From IMG/VR virus record IMGVR_UViG_3300042691_014085, positions 55,970 to 75,969 of that record: DNA of 20,000 nucleotides; one strand, written 5' to 3'. Positions 1-5,887 of the stretch are shown here, in pieces; position 1 is the first letter of the stretch; each line of letters opens with the position of its first letter. The notes below the pieces were generated by a model, which saw nothing but the letters and a program-made list of their open reading frames with translations, ran no database searches and was not told the origin of the DNA. The stretch comes from an uncultured virus (IMG/VR IMGVR_UViG_3300042691_014085). Taxonomy: Duplodnaviria; Heunggongvirae; Uroviricota; Caudoviricetes. The translations under genes and the position numbers were made by a program.

Positions 1-48
1 AGAATAAACAGTAACAATACCATTATCAATTCTTGGAGTTATAGTCAT
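1..48 (-). CDS. Probable 5' end of the next gene (MTITPRIDNGIVTVYS...), truncated by the window edge
   Basis: ATG at 48-46 lies 1 nt after the helicase stop, and the frame is open to position 1. Only 16 codons are visible and the RBS is weak. Confidence 0.4.
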   Translation of the reverse strand, partial: MTITPRIDNGIVTVYS

Positions 49-49
49 A

Positions 50-1270
50 TTATTTTTCTTCAAAGTCTTTATACTTGTAATATCCTCTGTCAAAATCTAC
101 TTGAACCAAAAAGTCTCCCATAAAACCATTTCTATTTTTTCTAAATACACACTCAATAATATCACTATTTGTAGCACGACCAAGTGCCATAACCCAGTCA
201 GCATCATATGCAATCTGTCTTGACCAAGCAGTTTGACCAAGTGTGGGAGCACTACTAAGATCTTTTACATCATCTGGCGTAGCAGATGAAATAGCAATAA
301 TAGGAACCTCTTCACTAATAGCCATTAGCTTAAGTTCTCGTGAAAGGTTTTTCATTCGTACCGTTTCATTTTCAGACCTTTGGTTAGGAGACATTAGCTG
401 TAGATAGTCAACAATAACAAAGTCTGGTTTGTACTGATCAATCTTTCCACGAATAACAGATGGAGTAACTTCTCCACCAGAATCATTGGATATGATATGG
501 AAAGCAGGCTTGCCATCAAGTTTACTTGCATGCCATTTTTTCAACATATCAATTTCTACTTCACCATTGCTAAGTTTACGATGTGACCAAAGACCTTCGC
601 CCATAATCGCATATACACGATTACGTACTTCTGTCTCACTCATTTCAAGAGATATGATAAGGGGAGATCTTCCTTGCTTCCAAGCCTGTACTGCAAAGTA
701 AAGAGCAAGCCAGGATTTTCCAATTCCTGGGTATGCCAAGAACACCCCAAGCTGACCTGGCATAATTCCAGATGGGAGATAATTGTCAAACCCTGGCAAG
801 CCAGTCTTGATTCCTACTTGCCCAGACTCTTTCATCTTTTGGACGTTTTCGTAATAAGAAACAGCGGAATCAATATCAGTTACATCAACATCTCTAATTG
901 CTGATGTGTTCTTTTTTAGTTCTGAAGTCTTAGTAATAAGTTGTTCAAGTGCTTGTGTACCGTTGCCACCCTGAACATCTGTAGCAGCAGTTCTCAATAT
1001 ATCCTTAAGGCTATCATTTAAATATTCTGTTTGTAATTCATCAAGATGATGTTTAGTCGCACCAATATCTGGTATTACCTGAAAGTCACGGAACTTTTCA
1101 ACTACAAGTGAAGATGGTGGAACAGATCCATTAATATCAAAATAATGTCTAACAAAATTCCATACATCGTTATGAGTTCTAAGTAAATTATCTAGGTTAG
1201 CTTGAAGCAAGACATGCATTTGTTTGTCATTTAATACTGCAGATATTACTTTTGCTTCTGAATTATTCAC
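50..1270 (-). CDS. dnaB: DnaB-like (SF4) replicative DNA helicase, 406 aa
   Basis: Motifs: IKTGLPGFD..GIMPGQL, Walker A AYPGIGKS, H1a ISLEMS, Walker B VIVDYLQLM, SRELKLMA, H4-like YDADWV, Arg finger KNRNG. The GTG start overlaps the upstream stop. Confidence 0.95.
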   Translation of the reverse strand: MNNSEAKVISAVLNDKQMHVLLQANLDNLLRTHNDVWNFVRHYFDINGSVPPSSLVVEKFRDFQVIPDIGATKHHLDELQTEYLNDSLKDILRTAATDVQGGNGTQALEQLITKTSELKKNTSAIRDVDVTDIDSAVSYYENVQKMKESGQVGIKTGLPGFDNYLPSGIMPGQLGVFLAYPGIGKSWLALYFAVQAWKQGRSPLIISLEMSETEVRNRVYAIMGEGLWSHRKLSNGEVEIDMLKKWHASKLDGKPAFHIISNDSGGEVTPSVIRGKIDQYKPDFVIVDYLQLMSPNQRSENETVRMKNLSRELKLMAISEEVPIIAISSATPDDVKDLSSAPTLGQTAWSRQIAYDADWVMALGRATNSDIIECVFRKNRNGFMGDFLVQVDFDRGYYKYKDFEEK

Positions 1271-1571
1271 TTAACCACTTCCTAGCAAGCTCTCTACGAT
1301 ACTGTCTATCTTTTTTGTCCTGTTCAACTTCAAGTTTACCAGATAGAATTTTTTCTGCATTATATGCAAAATAATTCCATGAAGGATCTTGAGCTATTTT
1401 AAAATAATAATCTAATAAATCATAACAACCTTTTAGGCCATATGACTCAACAAGGGCATCTGCAGCCCACTGCTCTACATTAAGATTGAGATTAGACTTT
1501 TGCTCATATCTCTGCAAATAATATTTATTGTAGCGACTGAGCAAAGCCATTCGGTCTTTGCGTTCAGCCAT
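1263..1571 (-). CDS. Hypothetical helical protein, 102 aa; possible helicase loader/partner by position
   Basis: Clean ORF coupled on both sides (TAATG at 1571; 8-nt overlap with the helicase start). Function is inferred from position only. Confidence 0.8.
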   Translation of the reverse strand: MAERKDRMALLSRYNKYYLQRYEQKSNLNLNVEQWAADALVESYGLKGCYDLLDYYFKIAQDPSWNYFAYNAEKILSGKLEVEQDKKDRQYRRELARKWLSE

Positions 1572-1777
1572 TAGGATTCTAGCTCAACCTTGGCTTCATT
1601 GATTTTAGAGGTAAGCTTGTCTTCAACAAACTTATAGACTCTCTCAAATGCCTGATCTATATTCTCACCATCACGTCTAGAATCAACAATACCAAGATCT
1701 AACCTGAGTGATTGAAAGTTTCCTAAATTAAGTGTGTAACCCAAAGTTACGTTAATCTTTGTTTCTTCGTTTTGCAT
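1571..1777 (-). CDS. Hypothetical protein, 68 aa (MQNEETKINVTLGYTLNLGNFQSLRLDLG...)
   Basis: Start reassigned from 1861 to the ATG at 1777. GGGAGG at about 1782-1787 precedes it, and this start removes the overlap with the upstream gene. Confidence 0.8.
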   Translation of the reverse strand: MQNEETKINVTLGYTLNLGNFQSLRLDLGIVDSRRDGENIDQAFERVYKFVEDKLTSKINEAKVELES

Positions 1778-1793
1778 TTGCCCTCCCCAGGCT

Positions 1794-2336
1794 CTATATG
1801 CTCTCTGTCCAAACTGGTATGAATCTACCGTCTGGAGTTTTTGTATATGTAAGTATACCATCGCCCATTCTGCGTGTCAATTCTTGAGATGTAGGCGTTT
1901 GATTATTAGTTATTAAATTGTCTCTTCTTGGTCTTCCAATGTGTCTAGATGCCAGTATATCACGTATCTCTTTTACTTGTGATTCAGAGTAATACGATCT
2001 TATTTGCCATCCTCTTTCTCCATTAAGCTTAGAGCCAATTGGTGGTGGAATAACACCCCATTTAATTAATCTAGGAAAGTATTTACGATGCCTATTGACA
2101 AGCACTGCAGTTTCTGCTACAGTATAAGCTTTTTGTCTATTCTTTCTAAAATCAGATCTTAGACAACTTTCTAATCTATCTTTTGTTATGTTATAAACAG
2201 TAACCATTCCTGTGGATCTTGAACTGTGGTGTAGTCTTACAAGGTCTCCATTAAGAAACCAGACCTTTTTATTCCCAGAAATTACAGGGTCGTTATTGTA
2301 CTCTTGGCTAACAATCTTTCTTTTTCCAGTAGCCAC
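1794..2336 (-). CDS. MerR-like helix-turn-helix DNA-binding protein, 180 aa
   Basis: YTVAETAVLVNRHRKYFPRLIKWGVIPPP...RSYYSESQVKEIRDI fits the MerR/excisionase-type winged-HTH pattern. GTG start with GGAGG RBS at 2341-2345. Confidence 0.7.
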   Translation of the reverse strand: MATGKRKIVSQEYNNDPVISGNKKVWFLNGDLVRLHHSSRSTGMVTVYNITKDRLESCLRSDFRKNRQKAYTVAETAVLVNRHRKYFPRLIKWGVIPPPIGSKLNGERGWQIRSYYSESQVKEIRDILASRHIGRPRRDNLITNNQTPTSQELTRRMGDGILTYTKTPDGRFIPVWTESI

Positions 2337-2473
2337 AAACCCTCCGCACTATCTTGTGGTGGATGAAAAAATTTTCTTTGACCACACATGATACAAAATG
2401 TTTCTAAATGAATAGCGCTACTATATTGTCTATCTACAAAAACTCTGCCACTGCATCTTTTACAAGACATCAT
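2282..2473 (-). CDS. Small Zn-ribbon protein, 63 aa
   Basis: Two CxxC pairs (CKRC...CIMCG). Overlaps both neighbouring genes. Confidence 0.75.
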   Translation of the reverse strand: MMSCKRCSGRVFVDRQYSSAIHLETFCIMCGQRKFFHPPQDSAEGLWLLEKERLLAKSTITTL

Positions 2474-2657
2474 TTTTATTGTCTGCTATCTTTGATAATA
2501 AATCTTCAGAATATTTATCTGCAGCTTTTTGTTTATTATTATTAATCATTTCTGTTATTTCTGCCCGCAATACTGCAATTTGAGTTTCGTAGTTAGCAAC
2601 CAGTTCACCAATTCGCTGCTGCAATACAATTGCAATTAATTCATTTTTTTCAGTCAT
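2460..2657 (-). CDS. Small coiled-coil hypothetical protein, 65 aa
   Basis: Heptad-like LQQRIGELVANYETQIAVLRAEITEM. ATGACTGA overlap with the upstream gene. Confidence 0.75.
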   Translation of the reverse strand: MTEKNELIAIVLQQRIGELVANYETQIAVLRAEITEMINNNKQKAADKYSEDLLSKIADNKNDVL

Positions 2658-2865
2658 TTGGCAAATTCTCTAACTCTTGTAACAAAACATCTCGCTTTGC
2701 TTCTTCGTTAGTTTTTTGCTCTGAAAGATTATTTACAATGTCAGAGTTAGGATTTTCTTTTGCTTGTTCAGCAAGTAAAGAGATCTGCAAATTATAAATA
2801 TTTGTCAAAGCATTTTTAATATGACTTTCTAAGATGGCTCTTTTTTCATCACTTGTTAATTCCAT
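2650..2865 (-). CDS. Small helical-hairpin/coiled-coil hypothetical protein, 71 aa
   Basis: AAGGTG RBS, start 3 nt after the upstream stop, amphipathic helices. Confidence 0.75.
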   Translation of the reverse strand: MELTSDEKRAILESHIKNALTNIYNLQISLLAEQAKENPNSDIVNNLSEQKTNEEAKRDVLLQELENLPND

Positions 2866-2868
2866 AAA

Positions 2869-3168
2869 TCACCTTTGTATAATGTTTCCCTCGTCATCTA
2901 CAATATCTGGTACATCTTGTACTGCTCCCCATTTACCCAGCGGGCAGGAAGCATGTGGAAGTTTTGCCTTTTCAGTCATAAAGCAACCACACTTTTTGCA
3001 GGTCTTAGTCAATTGTATCAGAGATGGACATTTCATGCAGCCTTCTTCAAATCTAAGCCTATAGGTCTCATCATCTACCCTACCAATATTAGGATTAATC
3101 AAATCCCAAGGTCTTACTGAATCTCCAGGCTGCTTTTCTTTCCATATCTGCCAAGGGCTTTTAGACAT
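2869..3168 (-). CDS. Cys-rich putative metal-binding protein (DUF6171-like pattern), 99 aa
   Basis: R..CxxC-x9-CxxCGC-x12-CP.GKW (6 Cys). The ATG at 3168 with GAAGGTG RBS is preferred over the GTG at 3174. The family name is from pattern recall. Confidence 0.7.
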   Translation of the reverse strand: MSKSPWQIWKEKQPGDSVRPWDLINPNIGRVDDETYRLRFEEGCMKCPSLIQLTKTCKKCGCFMTEKAKLPHASCPLGKWGAVQDVPDIVDDEGNIIQR

Positions 3169-3385
3169 TTTCACCTTCTGTTATTTCTGGCATTACATAC
3201 TCGTCAGTTTCAGGATTATAGATCATACCAGGCAAAACAGCATTTGGATTAAAATTAATCTTATCTGTAACATCTAAGACAACTGGATTGCTCAAAAAAA
3301 TCGCAGACAATCTTTCATCAGTATGTAAAATATCAGCAACCTCATTATCTATAATGAATGCTAATTTAATTGGGGGGGTTTCCAT
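3161..3385 (-). CDS. Small acidic protein, 74 aa; candidate tail-fibre/adhesin assembly factor
   Basis: Strong AGGAG RBS (3391-3395). KLAFIIDNEVADI...PGMIYNPETDEY resembles small proteins that follow phage fibre genes. Confidence 0.7.
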   Translation of the reverse strand: METPPIKLAFIIDNEVADILHTDERLSAIFLSNPVVLDVTDKINFNPNAVLPGMIYNPETDEYVMPEITEGENV

Positions 3386-3402
3386 GTTTTCTCCTTTTTT
3401 CT

Positions 3403-3432
3403 ATTATACATTAGTATACACGAAATCGTCAA
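3403..3432 (-). promoter_or_regulatory. Sigma70/SigA-type promoter TTGACG-N18-TATAAT
   Basis: -35 at 3432-3427 (5/6 match) and -10 at 3408-3403 (6/6 match), embedded in the last codons of the 826-aa gene. The predicted TSS near 3396 lies just upstream of the AGGAG RBS. Confidence 0.65.
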
Positions 3433-5884
3433 GTCTATTGCCAGTTATTCTATTAGCTACCGTTGGAGTATTAATTATACCAACAGCAGAATCACCAGCA
3501 ATGGATTTTGTTGGACTAGATGGGGTAGCGGTTAAAGTTGATCCTAGTTGATTTGTAACCGCTGTATTTGAATATGCCTTTGCTGTAATAGTATTATTAG
3601 ATGTTTCAACTGATAGTCCATATATTGGAATAAAGGCAGAATTGCTAGTGGCTACTGTTTGACTGTATTGACTTGTTACAGTACTACCAACTGAAGATAA
3701 TATTTTAATTGTACTTGTATATGTTACAGTGGTTGAAGAAGAAACTGAACATCCTCCACAGCCAGAACCGCTGGAATCTGTTGATATTGGGCCTCCACTG
3801 CAAGATGTTGAAGAAGAAACTCCACATCCACCACAACCAGATCCGCTTGAATTAGTTCCTATTGGACCACCAGTACACGTAGTAACTGTTGAACTTGACA
3901 CTGTGCATCCTCCACAACCAGTTCCAGATGCATCGGTTGAAATTGGACCACCAGTACATCCACTTGTTGTGCTTGAGTTAACTGTTGAATAAGAATAACT
4001 TGTTGTAGAACTAACACTACAATATCTTACTATCCACTGAATTCCAAACTCTCCAACAAACAGCTTATAGCATGGTTGCCCATTATGTGATGGCGAATTA
4101 CAAGCAACAACTGTTCCAGGATCGTTTGAAACATATTGATCTGTTCCGCAAGAATACGAATATGATGTTGTGCTTGAGCATCCACTACATCTTCTACCTA
4201 CTGTAAATGCATTATATTCTGTAGTAAAATCATCTGGACAAAATGAAGTGGAGGCGCTGCCGCCGCAACCATAAGTAGTTATAGTTTGTGGAGTATTACA
4301 TGTGTAGCTAGTTACTGATACTGGAGTATAACAAGAATACGAAGTTACTGGGGTATTGCATGAATACGATGTAGAGCTACTGCTAGAATAATCTGGTGCT
4401 ACTGCCCACCAAGAGCCAGCACTTGTAACCCAAAAAGCTAGGCCAGGCCCACCGCCACCATCAGAAACAGATACCTTTAAGGCAACATTAGAATCTCCAA
4501 CATTTATAGTTTTAAGTGGATAATTAGTTGCGCTATTTCCAACAGAAGGATTGGTGTAAGTAACAACGGCCTGCCTTCCAGATATTTCTTCTGTATCTAA
4601 TTGCCAAGAAAAGTTGTTAGTATTTATTGACGGTGTTTGTGGTCCATACAATCCGCCATTGGTTGACCAGTACCAACTGCCAGTGCTGGTTTGTCCAAGA
4701 CCTTGAGATCCAGTTCCAGCAAGTCTATTAAAGTTGTCTGAAAATGATGGGATGAAGGCACGAGCATTTAAATCACTATAATAATAGTATGTAGATGCAC
4801 CATCTGCTGCTATAACTATATCAACTGCATAGAACGTATAATTAACCATAAGTTGTGTAGTAAGCAATGACTGTGTACCGCCAGATGTTGTGTCTGGTGT
4901 AGGCGGAGCTGTTGTAGTTCCATTTGTTAGTGTGGGGCCAGGAAATACCCACCCGTAAACTCGTGTTTGTATTGCAAGATCTGGATTACCATCAAATATA
5001 GTATTATTTTGATAAGTTCCTCTGTTTGCAGTAAGAGTAGTTCCAATTACAACGTTTCCAGTACTTGATAATGTTGGGCTAGAAGTTTGTATTGGAGTTG
5101 GTGGAAAATTAGACGTAAACTGAGTTGTTAATGAACTTTCATTACCAGGGTACCCAGTAACATTTCCAGAAACAATATTGCCAGTATATGGTGTAACAGA
5201 AAATCTATATTGTTTGCCGTATTCATCAAGTGTTATTGTTGTTGGGCTAGCCGTTGTTTTATAAAATTCAGTGGTACTTTGTAAAGTTCCCCCACTATAT
5301 TTATATCTTTTAATTATTACACTACCAGTGTATGATCCAACCGTAAATGAAACACTAGCTTGAAGATCTGTTCCGACTTGTGAAGCGGTTACATTTATAA
5401 CATCCCTTGGAGTACTAATGGTTGTTGTGTTACTTATAGAGCTGCTAGTTAATACAATATTTGTAGCTACAACCCTGAATCTATATAAATTATCTGAATT
5501 TGTGCTAGTGTCATATGACTGAACTACATAGGTTTTAGTATTAGAAGATCCTGATGCTGGATTTGTTATTGATCCAACATCTATCGTTTGCCAACTACCT
5601 GAGTTATACCATTGAAAATAATAAGTAAGTGAAGTTGAATTTGTCCAATGATAATTTGTTCCAGTTAATGTAACTAGTCCAGTAGTTGAATTTGTTGATT
5701 GAGATATTTCAACTTGTTGAGCTATGCTCGGCCCTTCTTCTGAAGAAAATAATTTTTTCCAAATACCAGATGAGTTTAGCCTATACCATGCAGAAAATCT
5801 TTTCCAAACACCAGAGTTGTTTAGACGGTAAAGGCTTGAGAACTTCTTCCACTGTCCAGAAGAATTAAGTCTGTAAATTGGCAT
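3404..5884 (-). CDS. Putative tail tip adhesin/receptor-binding protein, 826 aa (N-terminal Trp repeats, Ig/FN3-like domains, ConA-like C-terminal domain with Cys-rich insert)
   Basis: Last large gene of the tail module and S/T/G-rich. Ig-like patterns YYFQWY...YRFRVVATN and YRFSVTPY. Beta-sandwich pattern FSDNFNR...GLAFW...GII...LDDF. Confidence 0.75.
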   Translation of the reverse strand: MPIYRLNSSGQWKKFSSLYRLNNSGVWKRFSAWYRLNSSGIWKKLFSSEEGPSIAQQVEISQSTNSTTGLVTLTGTNYHWTNSTSLTYYFQWYNSGSWQTIDVGSITNPASGSSNTKTYVVQSYDTSTNSDNLYRFRVVATNIVLTSSSISNTTTISTPRDVINVTASQVGTDLQASVSFTVGSYTGSVIIKRYKYSGGTLQSTTEFYKTTASPTTITLDEYGKQYRFSVTPYTGNIVSGNVTGYPGNESSLTTQFTSNFPPTPIQTSSPTLSSTGNVVIGTTLTANRGTYQNNTIFDGNPDLAIQTRVYGWVFPGPTLTNGTTTAPPTPDTTSGGTQSLLTTQLMVNYTFYAVDIVIAADGASTYYYYSDLNARAFIPSFSDNFNRLAGTGSQGLGQTSTGSWYWSTNGGLYGPQTPSINTNNFSWQLDTEEISGRQAVVTYTNPSVGNSATNYPLKTINVGDSNVALKVSVSDGGGGPGLAFWVTSAGSWWAVAPDYSSSSSTSYSCNTPVTSYSCYTPVSVTSYTCNTPQTITTYGCGGSASTSFCPDDFTTEYNAFTVGRRCSGCSSTTSYSYSCGTDQYVSNDPGTVVACNSPSHNGQPCYKLFVGEFGIQWIVRYCSVSSTTSYSYSTVNSSTTSGCTGGPISTDASGTGCGGCTVSSSTVTTCTGGPIGTNSSGSGCGGCGVSSSTSCSGGPISTDSSGSGCGGCSVSSSTTVTYTSTIKILSSVGSTVTSQYSQTVATSNSAFIPIYGLSVETSNNTITAKAYSNTAVTNQLGSTLTATPSSPTKSIAGDSAVGIINTPTVANRITGNRLDDFVYTNV
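3749..3958 (-). repeat. Three intragenic repeats C[TS]GGPI[SG]T[DN][AS]SG[TS]GCGGC
   Basis: Directly visible at residues 643-712 of the 826-aa protein, with DNA-level similarity between copies. Confidence 0.95.
4286..4372 (-). repeat. Three intragenic repeats TSY[ST]C[NY]TP[VQ]
   Basis: Cys at residues 509, 518 and 529 of the 826-aa protein. Confidence 0.9.
5741..5875 (-). repeat. Three 15-aa (45-bp) N-terminal repeats YRLN[SN]SGxWK[KR]
   Basis: YRLNSSGQWKKFSSL / YRLNNSGVWKRFSAW / YRLNSSGIWKKLFSS. Confidence 0.95.
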
Positions 5885-5887
5885 TGT

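Noticed and set aside
50..1270. Intein or intron in the helicase
   Set aside because: The motifs are contiguous in a normal-length 406-aa ORF.
1778..1861. N-terminal extension of the 96-aa ORF
   Set aside because: It overlaps the upstream gene, and a strong RBS supports the ATG at 1777.
3729..3992. Plus-strand 87-aa ORF with HPPQP repeats
   Set aside because: It is the antisense shadow of the GCGGC repeats in the adhesin and has no independent support.
3749..4372. Diversity-generating retroelement TR/VR pair or CRISPR-like array
   Set aside because: The repeats are in-frame coding repeats whose differences are not adenine-specific. No reverse transcriptase, cas gene or spacer structure is present in the window.
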